DNA of 64,000 bases from Amycolatopsis vancoresmycina (GCF_000716785.1 NZ_JNYY01000016.1:179259-243258), one strand, 5' to 3'. Counted from the stretch's first letter, positions 1-11,210 are shown. Numbers and translations: made by a program. Notes: generated by a model not told the origin, from the sequence alone.

Positions 1-3000
1 GGCCCAGGTACTCCAGCTCACCGCGCGCGGTCCAGCGCACGACGTCGCCGGTGCGGTACATCCGGGCGCCCGGCTCGCCGAAGGGGTCGGCGACGAACCG
101 GCCGGCGGTCAGGCCCGGCCGGCCGAGGTAGCCGCGGGCCACCCCGGCGCCGCCGAGGTGCAGCTCGCCGGGGACGCCGACCGGCACCGGCCGCATCCCG
201 GCGTCGAGGACGCAGGCGCGGAGGCCGGCGATCGGGCGGCCGATCGGCGGGGTGCGGTCGGTGTCGTGGTACCACGCGGTGGCGTACACAGTGGACTCGG
301 TGGGCCCGTAGATGTTGGCGATCCGGCTGCCGGGCAACGCCTTCCGGATGTCGTGCAGCGCGTGCAGCGTCAGCGCTTCGCCGGCCAGGACCACAGTGGA
401 CGGCCGGACCGACACCGCGCCCTGGGCCAGCAGCTGCGCGAACGCCGACGGCACGCCGCTGACCAGGCCGACCGGCCGGCCGGTGTCCTCGCCCTCGCCG
501 AGGGCCAGCACGTCCCGGACCACCTCGACGGTGGCGCCGGTCATCAGCGGCGCGAAGATCTCGAACACCGAGACGTCGAAGTTCAGCGACGTCGAAGCGA
601 CCACTGTGGACCCCGGCCGGAAGACGTCCCGGAAGTCGTTGCCCGCCCACGCCATCAGGTTCGCGGCGCTGCGGTGGGCGACCACGACCCCCTTGGGGCG
701 GCCGGTCGAGCCGGACGTGTGGATCACGTAGGCCGGGTGGTCCGGGTTCGTGGCGCGGCCGAGCGGCTCGCCGGAGCAGCCGTCGAGCAGGCCGGGGTCG
801 TCGAACGCCAAGGTGGGCACGGCGCCGGGACCGCGGCCGTCCGGCGTGAGCAGCAGGGCCGGGGCGGCGTCCTCGAGGATCAGTTCCTGGCGGTCGGCCG
901 GGTAGGCCGGGTCGACCGGGAGGTAGGCGGCGCCGGACTTGAGCACGCCGAGCAGCGCCACCAGGATCCGCTCGGTGCGCGGCAGCGAAACGGCGACGAA
1001 CCGCTCGGGCCCGGCACCCCGTCCGGCCAGGATCCGGGCCAGCCGGTTGGCCTGCTCGTCGAGCTCGGCGTAGGTGAGCGAGCGGCCCTCGCAGACGACG
1101 GCGACCGCGTCCGGCGTGCGGGCCGCCTGGGCCTCGAACAGCTGCGGCAGCGTGGCTTCCGGCGCGGCGGGCACCGGACCGCGGGAGAGCTCGGCGAGGT
1201 GGGCCAGCTCGGCGTCGCCCATGATCGGCAGCCCGGCCACCGGCCGGTGCGGCTCGGCGACCACGGCCGCGGCCAGCGTCCGCAGGTGCCCGGCGAACCG
1301 GTCGATCGTGGCGGCGTCGAACAGGGCGGTGTCGTACTCGATCGCGAAGCCGCGGCCCTGCGGCTGGAACTCCAGCACCAGGTCGAACCGGGCCCGGGGG
1401 CGGGGCAGATCGTGCTCGCCCAAGCGGAGGGCGCCCGCCTCCCGGGGCCGGACCAGGTCCTGCTGCAGCACCAGCAGGACCTGCACCAGCGGGGTCCGGC
1501 TCGGGTCACGGGCCGGCCGCAGGTCGTCGACGACCTGGTCGAAGGGCACTTCCGCGGCGGCGAAGGCCGCCAGCGTCGTTTCCCTGACCCGGCCGAGGAA
1601 GGTGTCGAACGGTTCTCCCCGGTCGATCGCGGACCGCAGGACGAGGGTGTTGACGAAGAAGCCGGCGAGCCGTTCGAGCTGGTCGTGGTCGCGGCCGGAC
1701 ACCGCGGTGCCGACGGCGACGTCGTCCTGCCCGGTGTAGCGGGCCAGCAGCACCTGGACGAGCGCGGTCAGCGTCGTGAACAACGTCGCCCCGGTGTCGT
1801 GGGCCAGCTCGGTGAGGCCGGCGGGCAGGTCGTACCGGCGGATCGCGCCTTCGGTGGCGCGCACGGGCGGGCGCGGCCGGTCGGTGGGCAGGTCCAGGGG
1901 CTCGAGCCCGGCGAGCTGCGCCCGCCAGTACGCCAGCTGCCGGTCGCGCAGCGGGCCGGCCAGCCGCTCGTGGTGCCAGCGGGAGTAGTCGCGGTAGCCG
2001 ATCTCCAGCGGGTCGAGCTTCTCCCCCGCGTACAGCGCGGCGAGCTCGTCGACGAGCAGGCCGACCGACCAGCCGTCGGTGACGATGTGGTGCTGGCTCA
2101 GCAGGAGCACGTGGTCTTCGGGGCCACGGCGGAGCAGCAGGGCACGCGTGAGCGGCCCGGTCCCCAGGTCGAACGGGCGGTCCAGCTCGGCCGCGAGCTG
2201 CCCGTCCAGGTCGGCTTCGGCCTCGGCCTCCCGCAGGGGGATGGTGCCCTCGTCGGCGACGACCTGGACGCCTTCGCCGTCGACGGTCCGGAACGTCGTC
2301 CGCAGTGACTCGTGCCGCGCGGCCAGCGCGTCGAGGCAGGCACGCAGCGCGTCGCGGTCCAGCGGGCCGGTGAGGGTGAGGCCGACACCGGCGTTGTACT
2401 CGGTGCTGCCGGGGTTCTGCCGGTCGAGCACCCAGAGGCGGCGCTGGACCGGCGACAGCGGCACCACGGCGTCGTGCGGCACGGACGCGATCCGGCCGGC
2501 GGCCGGGGTGTCACCGTCGGGCAGCAGCTCGGCGAGTTTCGCGATGGTGCGGGCGTCGAACACCACCCGCGGCGAGAGGTCGGCGCCGAACCGGGCGCGG
2601 ATCCGGGCGAGTGCGCGGGCGCCGAGGATCGAGTCGCCGCCGAGCTCGAAGAAGTCCGCGTCGACGCCGATGTCCGGGACACCCAGGACGTCGGCCCAGA
2701 TCTCGGCGAGGGCCCGCTCGGCCGGGGTCCGCGGCGGAAGGTGCGCGGCCTGCACCTGCGCCTGCCAGTCGGGTTCGGGCAGCGCGTCGCGGTCGAGCTT
2801 GCCGTGGTGGGTCAGCGGCATCCGCTCGAGCGGGACGATCGCGGCCGGGACCATGTAGGGCGGCAGCCGGTCGGCCGCGGCGGCGCGCAGCCGCGCCGGG
2901 TCGGCGTCTCCGGCGAAGTAGGCGACCAGGCGCTTGACGCGGTCCTCGCGGGCGACGACGACCGCCTCGCGGACACCGTCCTGCGCGAGCAGCAGCGCTT

Positions 3001-4252
3001 CGATCTCGCCGGGTTCGATCCGGAAGCCGCGGATCTTGACCTGGTGATCGGCCCGCCCGACGAACTCCAGCTCGCCGGTGGTAGTGCGGCGGACGACATC
3101 ACCGGTCCGGTACATCCGAGCGCCCGGCGCGCCGAAGGGGTCGGCCACGAACCGGCTCGCCGTCAGCCCCGGCCGGTCGAGGTAGCCGCGGGCCAGGCCC
3201 GGGCCGGTGACGTAGAGCTCGCCGATTTCGGCGGGGCGCAGCGCGTCGTCGAGGACGTAGGCGGTGGCCTCCGGCAGCGGGCGGCCGATCGGCGGCGTGC
3301 CCCCGGGGACCAGCGGGTCGCTCCAGGTGGCCACGACGGTGAACTCGGTGGGGCCGTAGGAGTTGATCATCCGGCGCCCGGGGGCCCAGGTCCGGACCAG
3401 TTCAGGCGGGCAGGCGTCCCCGCCGACGATCACCGTGCGGAAGTCCGGCAAGGCGTGCCCGGCCGGCAGCGTGGCGAGCGCGACCGGCGGGATGAGCGCG
3501 TGGGTGACCCGGTGCTCGGCCAGGACCTCGGCGAGCCGGTCGCCCAGCAGCGGGCCGGGTGGCGGCACGACCAGGGCCGCCCCGTGCGGCAGCGCCATGC
3601 CGAGCTCCAGGATGGACGCGTCGAAGCTCGGCGAGGAGAACTCGAGGACCCGGTCGCCGGGCCGCACGTCGTACTGCTCGCGCATGGCGGCGAAGAAGCC
3701 GGGCAGGCCGCGGTGGGTGACGAGCACGCCCTTGGGCACGCCGGTCGAGCCGGACGTGTAGATGAGGTAGGCCGGGTGGTCGACGTGCAGCGGGCGCGTC
3801 CGGTCGGCGTCGGTGAGGTCGGTGTCCGGCTCGGCCCGATCGTCGAGTTCGCCGAGGTCGAGGGTGGCTTCCGCGTGCCCGCGGCCCACGACCAGCACCG
3901 GCCGCGCGTCGGCCAGCATGAACGCGATCCGCTCGGCGGGCTGGCCGGGGTCGACGGGCAGGAAGGCCACGCCGGCCTTGGCCGCCGCCAGCTGCGCCAC
4001 GACGAGGTCGGCCGACCGCGGCAGGACGAGCGCGACGACGCCCTCCGGGCCTGCGCCGCGGGAGACCAGCAGCCGCGCCAGCCGGTTCGCCCGTGCGTTC
4101 ACCGCCGCGTAGCTCGTCGCGACGCCGGCGCCGGTCAGCGCCGTCGCCCCCGGAGTGCGGGCGACCTGCGCTTCGAACAACTCGGCCAGGGTGCGCACGG
4201 GCACCGATCTGTCGTCGTCGGCGGCGGGAACCGAGACGTCGTATCGCGGCAT
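1..4252 (-). CDS. Non-ribosomal peptide synthetase, N-terminal part (A-T-C-A...). The start codon is at 4252 and the gene continues beyond the window start.
   Basis: The minus-strand translation has no stops from 4252 down to 1. It begins [14 protein letters not shown] with the A1 motif ([14 protein letters not shown]) about 30 aa in. Further motifs are A3 ([14 protein letters not shown]), A8 ([35 protein letters not shown], plus strand about 3080-3200), PCP ([12 protein letters not shown], about 2630-2680), the condensation motif HHIVTDGWS (about 2070-2095), and a second A domain with A1 [15 protein letters not shown]2 [16 protein letters not shown]3 [15 protein letters not shown] and A8 [21 protein letters not shown] at 1-120. 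A GAAAGG Shine-Dalgarno lies upstream of the ATG. It is missing from the ORF track because it runs off the window edge. Confidence 0.9.
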   Translation of the reverse strand, partial: MPRYDVSVPAADDDRSVPVRTLAELFEAQVARTPGATALTGAGVATSYAAVNARANRLARLLVSRGAGPEGVVALVLPRSADLVVAQLAAAKAGVAFLPVDPGQPAERIAFMLADARPVLVVGRGHAEATLDLGELDDRAEPDTDLTDADRTRPLHVDHPAYLIYTSGSTGVPKGVLVTHRGLPGFFAAMREQYDVRPGDRVLEFSSPSFDASILELGMALPHGAALVVPPPGPLLGDRLAEVLAEHRVTHALIPPVALATLPAGHALPDFRTVIVGGDACPPELVRTWAPGRRMINSYGPTEFTVVATWSDPLVPGGTPPIGRPLPEATAYVLDDALRPAEIGELYVTGPGLARGYLDRPGLTASRFVADPFGAPGARMYRTGDVVRRTTTGELEFVGRADHQVKIRGFRIEPGEIEALLLAQDGVREAVVVAREDRVKRLVAYFAGDADPARLRAAAADRLPPYMVPAAIVPLERMPLTHHGKLDRDALPEPDWQAQVQAAHLPPRTPAERALAEIWADVLGVPDIGVDADFFELGGDSILGARALARIRARFGADLSPRVVFDARTIAKLAELLPDGDTPAAGRIASVPHDAVVPLSPVQRRLWVLDRQNPGSTEYNAGVGLTLTGPLDRDALRACLDALAARHESLRTTFRTVDGEGVQVVADEGTIPLREAEAEADLDGQLAAELDRPFDLGTGPLTRALLLRRGPEDHVLLLSQHHIVTDGWSVGLLVDELAALYAGEKLDPLEIGYRDYSRWHHERLAGPLRDRQLAYWRAQLAGLEPLDLPTDRPRPPVRATEGAIRRYDLPAGLTELAHDTGATLFTTLTALVQVLLARYTGQDDVAVGTAVSGRDHDQLERLAGFFVNTLVLRSAIDRGEPFDTFLGRVRETTLAAFAAAEVPFDQVVDDLRPARDPSRTPLVQVLLVLQQDLVRPREAGALRLGEHDLPRPRARFDLVLEFQPQGRGFAIEYDTALFDAATIDRFAGHLRTLAAAVVAEPHRPVAGLPIMGDAELAHLAELSRGPVPAAPEATLPQLFEAQAARTPDAVAVVCEGRSLTYAELDEQANRLARILAGRGAGPERFVAVSLPRTERILVALLGVLKSGAAYLPVDPAYPADRQELILEDAAPALLLTPDGRGPGAVPTLAFDDPGLLDGCSGEPLGRATNPDHPAYVIHTSGSTGRPKGVVVAHRSAANLMAWAGNDFRDVFRPGSTVVASTSLNFDVSVFEIFAPLMTGATVEVVRDVLALGEGEDTGRPVGLVSGVPSAFAQLLAQGAVSVRPSTVVLAGEALTLHALHDIRKALPGSRIANIYGPTESTVYATAWYHDTDRTPPIGRPIAGLRACVLDAGMRPVPVGVPGELHLGGAGVARGYLGRPGLTAGRFVADPFGEPGARMYRTGDVVRWTARGELEYLG

Positions 4253-5124
4253 TGCGGAAACCTTTCGAGCACGGGTGAGGGCGGCGCAGGGGCCGTCGAT
4301 GCGCGGGGAGAGCACATCCGGATCGGGCCTGCGACCAGGCGATTCACGAATTGCGATGGAGCAGCGGGCCGGTTCCGGCCGTCGACCCCCCGAGGCCGGG
4401 AACCGGTTCTTTTTGCCACTCGTTCAACAAATCGGCCCGGCGTGCCACCCGCCGGGCGAACCCGCTGGAACGAGCGCAAGACACAGTGATCCTTTCCACC
4501 CGGACCGCCGCGGCGAGACTCGGAAACAGTTCCGATATCGGCGGTCACCCCCGCGGTGCGATTGCGCACCAGCGACCGCCGAACGCGTGCGACAACCGGC
4601 GTTCTTCGTGCAACAGGTCGGTCATCCGGCCGTCAAGTACCCCCAAGACCAGCCGGATTGGCATCACGCTACCCAGAGAACGCGTTGCTCGTACCGCCGA
4701 ACGGAGCATTGGCGAAAATGTCCAAAAATCGCATCGCTAAGTCCGGACAGCGAGTAGTTCGTCGTCGATTTTTGTTCACTCTTCTGCCGGAAAATGTTAC
4801 CTCGATTGGGAGGTTTGAGTTTGCTGCAGTGCGCCTACCTGCACCGATCCGGCGCCAGCCGGGTGACGAGCGGAGCCAACCGGGCGGATACCCCTGCAGA
4901 AGCAAGTATCGAAATTCGTGGTCCACGTTACGGGACGTCACCCGATTGGCGGGTAACACGGACATCCGCGAAAAGATCGCGTCACGGATGCACCCGGCGC
5001 AGATCTTCACGGTCGCCGTCAAGCGGACAAACTTCACGCCGTAATGGTGACCCGGCGATTGCCGCGCCTTGCGACCCGCGGCCGGCTACCCCTACGGTCG
5101 GCGAGTCGACGAAGGGGAGGCGGC

Positions 5125-6528
5125 GTGCGCGTGTTCGCAGCGGTACTGGGAAGCCTGCTCATCCTGGCCGGCGGCACGCCCGCCGTGGCCGGCCCCGGCT
5201 GGTCGCCGGCACCGATTGTCTGGACAACCTGTCCCGACGACCCGGACAGCCCCGCCCCGCCCGACGGCGAGTGCAGCACGCTGCAGGTGCCCCTGGACTG
5301 GGCGCGGCCGTGGGGCCCGTCGATCAGCCTCGCGGTGGCCCGGCACCGGGCGTCCGATCCCGCGCACCGGCTCGGCGTGCTGCTGGCCGATCTCGGCGGC
5401 CCCGGCTCGTCGAACGCGGAGTTCGCGCTGAGCCCCGGCCTCTTCAGCCCGGAGGTCCAGGCCCGGTTCGACGTGGTCGGCTTCGACGTGCGCGGCACCG
5501 GCCGCAGCGAGTTCGTCAAGTGCGCGGACACGACCGCCCCGCCGGACGACGAGCCGGCCGGCCGCGCGCAGTTCGACGCGCTGCGCAGCTACCAGGAGAA
5601 AGCGGTTTCCGACTGCCGCGCCCGCAACCTCCCCGTCTTCGACCACGCCGACACCGGCGTCAACGCCGAGGACATGGACGCGGTCCGCCGCGCGCTGGGC
5701 GAAGCCCGGATCAGCTTCCTCGGCATTTCCTACGGCACGCTGCTCGGGCAGCAGTACGCCGAGAAGCACGGCGACCGGGTCCGGGCGCTGGTGCTCGACA
5801 GCTCCATCGACCACAGCGCCGGCCTGGAGCGCTTCCTCGGCGACCGGGCCGCCGCCGCGGACGACCTGCTCCGCCAGTTCGCCGCGTGGTGCGACCGGAC
5901 GGCGACCTGCGCGCTGCACGGCCGGGACGTCCTGGCGCTCTGGCCGCGGGCCCTCGCGGTGGCCGACGGGCTGCCGGCGCCGCACAACTGGCTGCGCGAC
6001 CGGGTGTTCAAGGACATGTACGGGCCCGACTGGGCCGACGCGGCCCAGGTCATCGACAGCACCCTCGCCGGGCAGCCACCGGTGACCGCGCAGTTCGAGT
6101 ACAACTACGACTCGATCCGCCTGGCCGTCGTCTGCCAGGACTTCGACCTCCGGATCCGGGATTTCGCGCAGTACCGCGTGCTGCACGCCGAAGAGCTGCG
6201 CCGCGGGCCGCTGATGCGCGGCAGCATGCTGGGCCACAGCGAGGCGATGGCGTGCCTGGGCGTCCACGGGCCGCCGTCGAACCCGCCCCACCGGCTGAAC
6301 CTCTCGCGCGCCCCGCAGGTCCTGCTGCTGAATTCCCGGTACGACCCGGCAACGCCGTACGCCTGGGCCCTCGCCATCCACCACCAGGCACCGGCGAACA
6401 CGACGTTGCTGACGTACGAGGGCTCGGGCCACGGCGTCTACCCGCGCACGGCCTGCACCCGGGCGGCGGTGGACCGCTACCTGCTGACGCTGGAACCGCC
6501 GCGGCACGACGTCAGCTGCCCGGCCTGA
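5125..6528 (+). CDS. Secreted alpha/beta-hydrolase, S33 tripeptidyl-aminopeptidase (TAP/SlpD-like) family
   Basis: A GTG start at 5125 is preceded by GAAGGGGAGG. The signal peptide is RVFAAVLGSLLILAGGTPAVAGPG and the nucleophile elbow is GISYGT. The size (about 467 aa) and the architecture (secreted hydrolase with lid and catalytic domains) are typical of Streptomyces Tap. The longer track ORF from 5044 has an Arg-rich leader that is probably not translated. Confidence 0.75.
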   Translation: MRVFAAVLGSLLILAGGTPAVAGPGWSPAPIVWTTCPDDPDSPAPPDGECSTLQVPLDWARPWGPSISLAVARHRASDPAHRLGVLLADLGGPGSSNAEFALSPGLFSPEVQARFDVVGFDVRGTGRSEFVKCADTTAPPDDEPAGRAQFDALRSYQEKAVSDCRARNLPVFDHADTGVNAEDMDAVRRALGEARISFLGISYGTLLGQQYAEKHGDRVRALVLDSSIDHSAGLERFLGDRAAAADDLLRQFAAWCDRTATCALHGRDVLALWPRALAVADGLPAPHNWLRDRVFKDMYGPDWADAAQVIDSTLAGQPPVTAQFEYNYDSIRLAVVCQDFDLRIRDFAQYRVLHAEELRRGPLMRGSMLGHSEAMACLGVHGPPSNPPHRLNLSRAPQVLLLNSRYDPATPYAWALAIHHQAPANTTLLTYEGSGHGVYPRTACTRAAVDRYLLTLEPPRHDVSCPA

Positions 6529-6678
6529 CCACGCGACGGCTCGCGCCGATCCTTTCCGGCGCTCTCCCACCGCCCGCCCCGGCCATCGGTGATACACCAA
6601 CGGAAATGGTATCCGCCCCGGAATTTTCGCGACAATTCCGTCGCCGGGTTCGCGCGAATTCCGCCGTACAATGGCCGG

Positions 6679-8316
6679 ATGAGCAGCCAGGAACAGCAGG
6701 CCCTCGACGCGCTCTACGACGTCGACAACGTGCTCACGATCGATATCGTGCTGCCGCAGGCGGACTGGGACGCCGTGCGGGGCGAGCAGCCCGCCGGCGG
6801 GGTGTGCAACTTCGACTGGGCCGGCGGAAGCCGTTACACCTGGCGGAAGGCGACGTCGGTCGAGATCTCCGGGACGAAGTTCCCGGCGCGGACCTCGTTT
6901 CCCGACGTCGGGATCAAGAAGAAGTCGTTCTGCGGTTCGATCGACAGCGACAAACCCTGCCTGCACATCGACTTCGGCAAGTTCCTCGACGCGAACAAGG
7001 GGCCCGTCCAGCAGCTGATCGGTTCGCGGTACCTGACGCTCAACAACTCCGTGCAGGACCTCTCCTATCTGCGGCAGCTGCTCGGGTACAAACTGTTCGA
7101 GCTCGCCGGTCTCCCCCATTCCCGCGCCAACTACGCGCGCGTGCTCGTGAACGGCACGCCGATCGGGCAGGGCGTGGCCCGGGTCAACAGCCCCGGTGTC
7201 TTCGTGAACGTCGAACCGATCATGCCCCGGTACATCGAACGCAACTTCGGGGACCACAAGGGGAACCTGTACGAGATCGAGCACCAGGACGACTTCGTCG
7301 ACGGCCGGTTCTCCTTCGTCGGCGTGGAACCGCTGTCGAGGTTCGACGACAAGGCCGACCTGCGGTTCGCCATCGACCACCTCGCCGCGCACGGGCTCGC
7401 CGGCGCGGCCGACGTCTTCGACCTCGACCAGTTCACCCGGCTGTACGCGATGGAGTTCTTCCTCAAGCACTGGGACGGCTATTCCCGGAACACCAACAAC
7501 ACCTACGTCTACAACGACGTGGACGCCGTCGCGCAGCCGGGCGTGGACGACATCGACTTCAAGCTGATCCCGTGGGGCCTCGACCAGACCCTGCAGCCCG
7601 CCCGCCACTTCCGCCTCGACACGGCCGGGCTGCTCGCCAAGCTGGTGCGCGACGACCCCGGGCGGCGGGCGCAGGTGTTCGACCGGATCCGCGAGTACCG
7701 CGAAACCGTGTTCGGCCGCCGGACCCAGCAGGAGGTCCTCAAGCCGCTGCTCGACCGGATGGCGGCGGTGCTGACCGGGCTCGGCGTCCCGGACGTGCCC
7801 GCCCAGCTCACGATCGTGCGCAAGCAGCTGCGGCTGGCCACGTCCGCCGGCTACCTCTGCGGCGGCCTGCCGGGCGCCGAGGGCGCGTACGTCCGCGACG
7901 ACGTCACCAACGAATGCATGCACGCCGGCGCCTCCGAGGCGGTCGCGGACGGCTTCGAGGTCACCCACCGGCTCCGGCCGGCGAACGTCGACGACGCGGA
8001 CCTGTGGTGCTTCGCCCCTTCCGGCGGCGGTCAGGGCGGCGGGCAGTCGGTGCGGAGCAAGGCGTCCGGCCGGTTCCTCCACGCGACCGCGACGACGTCG
8101 GCCCAGGGTCACCCGCTGCTCGCCACGCAGGCCGCGGACGACGCGTTTTCGGTCGTCCCGGCCGACCCCGCCGACGACGAATTCACCTCCGGCGGCCGGT
8201 TCACGCTGAAGAACGTCCGCACCGGCCTGAGCGCGGCGTTCGGCGCGGACCCGACGCCGGCCGGGAAACCCCGCGTGTACCAGGACCCCGCGCCCACGCA
8301 GCTGTACTTCACCTGA
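6679..8316 (+). CDS. CotH-like kinase family protein, cytosolic, with a C-terminal beta-trefoil/lectin-like region
   Basis: The ATG is at 6679 (MSSQEQQALDALYDV) and there is no signal peptide. The central region (LNNSVQDLSYLRQLLGYKLFELAGLPHSRANYARVLVNGTPIGQGV...HKGNLYEIEHQDDF) matches the CotH kinase-fold signature. The C-terminus has beta-trefoil-like repeats (GRFLHATATT...GGRFTLKNVRTG). Confidence 0.6.
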   Translation: MSSQEQQALDALYDVDNVLTIDIVLPQADWDAVRGEQPAGGVCNFDWAGGSRYTWRKATSVEISGTKFPARTSFPDVGIKKKSFCGSIDSDKPCLHIDFGKFLDANKGPVQQLIGSRYLTLNNSVQDLSYLRQLLGYKLFELAGLPHSRANYARVLVNGTPIGQGVARVNSPGVFVNVEPIMPRYIERNFGDHKGNLYEIEHQDDFVDGRFSFVGVEPLSRFDDKADLRFAIDHLAAHGLAGAADVFDLDQFTRLYAMEFFLKHWDGYSRNTNNTYVYNDVDAVAQPGVDDIDFKLIPWGLDQTLQPARHFRLDTAGLLAKLVRDDPGRRAQVFDRIREYRETVFGRRTQQEVLKPLLDRMAAVLTGLGVPDVPAQLTIVRKQLRLATSAGYLCGGLPGAEGAYVRDDVTNECMHAGASEAVADGFEVTHRLRPANVDDADLWCFAPSGGGQGGGQSVRSKASGRFLHATATTSAQGHPLLATQAADDAFSVVPADPADDEFTSGGRFTLKNVRTGLSAAFGADPTPAGKPRVYQDPAPTQLYFT

Positions 8317-9183
8317 TCAGAGCACCGCGTACCCGCCGGCGTCGTCGACGACGAGGAGCCGCTCCTCGCCGTCGACCGTGAAGGCCGTGACGCCTTCCGG
8401 CTTCGCGGTCCGGTGGAAGGCGACGTCGAGCAGCTCGACCCGGCCGCGGCCGGGGTGCCAGGTGCCGAGCCGGAACGGCGCGTCGCCGTCGCTGGCCGAC
8501 CGCCCGAGCAGCACCAGCAGGTCCCCGGCCCGCCCGGCACCGGCCAGGTCGCGGATGCCCCACGGCACGGCCGGGTCCGGCAGCGGCAGCGCGACCACCT
8601 CGGGCGCCCCGAGGACGGCGGTCGTCCACCGCGCCGCGCCGACGTCGGCCGGGACCCGGACGACGGTGGCTTCGCCGGGCGTGGCCGGCCCGCGCAGGCC
8701 GAACAGCAGGGTGCCCGCGTCCCAGGCGAGGCCCTCGACGTTCAGCCCGCCCGCATCGGGCACCAGCCGCCCGGCCGCGGCGAACTGCGGGAGGCGCGCG
8801 AGGAACCAGGCGCGGAAGCCGTCCATCGGCTCGGCGGGCAGGTCACCGTCGCGCCGGTAGCGGACGCGCACGAGACCGTCGCTGACCCGGTCCCCGTTCC
8901 CGGCGCACAGCGAAGAGGCGACGACGAGGAAGGTTTCCCCGGCCACGTCGGCCCGCGTCAGCCCTTCGGGATCGCGCAGGGCGGTCCGGCCCAGCCCGGC
9001 CAGCCGCCGCCGGTGGATCCGCTCGACCGTGGTGATCCGGGGGTCGAAGGTCAGTTCGAAGAGGGAGCCGGGATCCTTGTTGTCGACGAAGACGAAGTGC
9101 CGCGAGCCGACCCGGACCACGCCGGAAGCGTTGAACGGCACGGCGCCGTTCTTCTCGGGGAAGGGCACCGGCCTGACCTTCAC
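8317..9183 (-). CDS. Hypothetical protein, possibly DUF3616-like beta-propeller
   Basis: This is a clean 288-aa ORF, convergent with the CotH gene (the stops abut at 8316/8317). It has no signal peptide and I recognise no catalytic motif. Confidence 0.45.
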   Translation of the reverse strand: MKVRPVPFPEKNGAVPFNASGVVRVGSRHFVFVDNKDPGSLFELTFDPRITTVERIHRRRLAGLGRTALRDPEGLTRADVAGETFLVVASSLCAGNGDRVSDGLVRVRYRRDGDLPAEPMDGFRAWFLARLPQFAAAGRLVPDAGGLNVEGLAWDAGTLLFGLRGPATPGEATVVRVPADVGAARWTTAVLGAPEVVALPLPDPAVPWGIRDLAGAGRAGDLLVLLGRSASDGDAPFRLGTWHPGRGRVELLDVAFHRTAKPEGVTAFTVDGEERLLVVDDAGGYAVL

Positions 9184-9319
9184 GACGGCACCTCCCCGGA
9201 CCCGCGTCCGATACCGGCTGAGTCGCGGACCCCGGCCGTGCCGTTACGGCCGGCGCGGCCGCCATCGATTTCGGCGCCAACTGCCCCCGGACGCGGTGCT
9301 CGGTGATTAGGGTTCCGGG

Positions 9320-10282
9320 GTGGACCGAGTGGAACTGGGATTGCTGCAGGCGCTGCAGATCTACGGGCGGGTGCCGTTCAGCCAGGTGGCCGAGGTGCTC
9401 GGCGTGTCGGACCAGACCGTCGCGCGGCGCTACCAAGCGTTGCGCGCCTCGGGCGCCGTCCGGGTCGTGGGGCAGACGGCGCCGGACGCCGTCGGGGAGG
9501 AGTCCTGGCTGGTCCGGGTCGCCTGCACGCCGGGCGCGGCCGACGGGCTCGCCCGGGCGCTGGCCAACCGGCCGGAGACGTCGTGGGTGCACATCGCCTC
9601 CGGCGGCTCGGAGATCGTCTGCATGGTACGCACCCCGGCGCAGGCGGCGACGTCGTCGGTGCTCGCCCGCCTGCCCCGCACGCCGCCGGTGACCCAGGTG
9701 AGCGCGCACTGCGTCGTGCACGTCTTCTTCGGCGGCCCCACCAGCCAGCTGACCAAGTCCGGGCCGCTGACCCGGGCCCAGGCCGAGCAGTTCCGGCCAC
9801 CGGACCCGGTGCTCCCGGACGACCCGGTCGAGCTGACCGGCGGCGACCGCGCGCTGCTGGCGGAGCTGGCCCGCGACGGCCGCACCGGCTTCCGCGAGCT
9901 CGCCGCGGCGACCGGCTGGTCGCAGACGACAGTCCGGCGGCGGCTCGGCGAGCTGCGCGACTCGGGGGCGCTGTACTTCGACGTCGACTTCGCGCCCGAG
10001 GTGCTGGGGCTGCGCACGGCGGCGTCGCTGTGGCTGTCGGTGGCTCCCCGCCACCTCGAGTCCGCCGGGACCGCGCTCGCCGGGCACGCCGAGGTGGGGT
10101 TCGCCGCGGCCACGACCGGGCCGGCGAACCTGTACGTCAGCGTCCTGTGCCGCCACCCCCGCGCGCTCTACGGCTACCTCACCGGCCCGCTGGCCGCGCT
10201 GCCCGGCGTGTCCGCGGTGGAGACCGCCCCGGTCATGCGGACCCTCAAACGGTCGGAAACCGCCGTCCAGTCTTCGAAATAG
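9320..10282 (+). CDS. Lrp/AsnC-family transcriptional regulator, tandem two-domain type
   Basis: There are two HTH_AsnC-like N-terminal segments (LGLLQALQIYGRVPFSQVAEVLGVSDQTVARR... and DRALLAELARDGRTGFRELAAATGWSQTTVRRRLGELRDSG), each followed by an RAM-like domain. Confidence 0.8.
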   Translation: MDRVELGLLQALQIYGRVPFSQVAEVLGVSDQTVARRYQALRASGAVRVVGQTAPDAVGEESWLVRVACTPGAADGLARALANRPETSWVHIASGGSEIVCMVRTPAQAATSSVLARLPRTPPVTQVSAHCVVHVFFGGPTSQLTKSGPLTRAQAEQFRPPDPVLPDDPVELTGGDRALLAELARDGRTGFRELAAATGWSQTTVRRRLGELRDSGALYFDVDFAPEVLGLRTAASLWLSVAPRHLESAGTALAGHAEVGFAAATTGPANLYVSVLCRHPRALYGYLTGPLAALPGVSAVETAPVMRTLKRSETAVQSSK

Positions 10283-10379
10283 GAGGATAACGCCGAAATT
10301 CGCGGCTTTCCTGGGGTTGTTCCGGCACGGCGATGACAGTGGGGCCCGTCCTGGTGCCCTCTCTGATCGGAGACCTCCC

Positions 10380-11210
10380 ATGTCCCTCGGCCTCGGCCTG
10401 CCCGTCGCCCGCCCCGAACGGCTGCTCGACTGGGCGAAACGCGCCGACGACGGCCCGTTCCGCACCCTCGGGCTGGCGGACCGCCTCCTCTGGGACAACC
10501 CCGAGCCGCTGGTCACCCTGGCGGCGCTCGCCGGCGCGACGAGCCGGATCCGGCTGCAGACCGAGGTCCTGCTCGCCCCGCTGCGCGAACCCACGCTGCT
10601 GGCGAAGCAGGCGGCGACCCTGGACCGGCTGTCCGGCGGCCGATTCACGCTCGGCCTCGGCGTGGGCGGGCGTGCGGACGAGTTCGAGCTCGTCGGCGTG
10701 GACCTGCGCACCCGTGGCCGCCGGTTCGACGAGCAGCTGAAGCTCATGCGCGACATCTGGTCCGGCGGCCCGGTCGGCCCGGCCCCGGCCCGTCCCGGCG
10801 GTCCCGAGGTGCTGATCGGCGGGTTCGCCGAGCCGGCCCTCGACCGCGTGGCCCGGTTCGCCGACGGACTGCTGTGCGCGACCGCGCTTTCCGCGGCGGG
10901 CCGGCAGTTCGAGTACGTCGAAGCGTCCTGGGCCCGCGCCGGGCGGCCCGGACGGCCGCGGCTGGTGGGGCAGGTGACCGTCGCACTGGGCCCGGAGTCC
11001 ACTGTGGAGGAAGCGCGCGAGCAGATTCTCGCCTACTACGCGTTCGATCCGCAGCTGGCGGCCGCGACGGCCGGCCGCCTGCTGACCACCCCGGCGGCGA
11101 TCCGGGACGCGGTCGCGGAGTTCACCGCACTGGGCGCCGACGAGGTGGTCTGCTACTGCTGGTCACCGGACACCGACCAGGTGGACCGTCTCGCCGACGT
11201 CCTCTGCTGA
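10380..11210 (+). CDS. LLM-class (luciferase-like) flavin/F420-dependent oxidoreductase
   Basis: The ATG at 10380 (MSLGLGLPV) is preceded by GGAG. The sequence resembles TIM-barrel LLM proteins (RLSGGRFTLGLGVGG, EVLIGGFAEPALDRVARFADGLL). Confidence 0.7.
   Translation: MSLGLGLPVARPERLLDWAKRADDGPFRTLGLADRLLWDNPEPLVTLAALAGATSRIRLQTEVLLAPLREPTLLAKQAATLDRLSGGRFTLGLGVGGRADEFELVGVDLRTRGRRFDEQLKLMRDIWSGGPVGPAPARPGGPEVLIGGFAEPALDRVARFADGLLCATALSAAGRQFEYVEASWARAGRPGRPRLVGQVTVALGPESTVEEAREQILAYYAFDPQLAAATAGRLLTTPAAIRDAVAEFTALGADEVVCYCWSPDTDQVDRLADVLC

Noticed and set aside
158-2308. 716-aa plus-strand ORF (and 312..731, 1074..1739, 2079..2858, 2312..4489 +)
   Set aside because: These are Arg/Gly/Asp-rich low-complexity translations antisense or off-frame to the NRPS gene, whose true frame shows canonical A/T/C motifs on the minus strand.
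4794-8381. 1195-aa plus-strand ORF and the 1006-aa minus-strand ORF 5092..8112
   Set aside because: These are Arg/Pro/Gly-rich GC-frame artefacts spanning three real, independently supported genes (aminopeptidase, CotH-like, DUF3616-like).
8843-11002. 719-aa minus-strand ORF
   Set aside because: It is antisense to the Lrp/AsnC and LLM oxidoreductase genes and has a low-complexity Arg/Pro/Ser composition.
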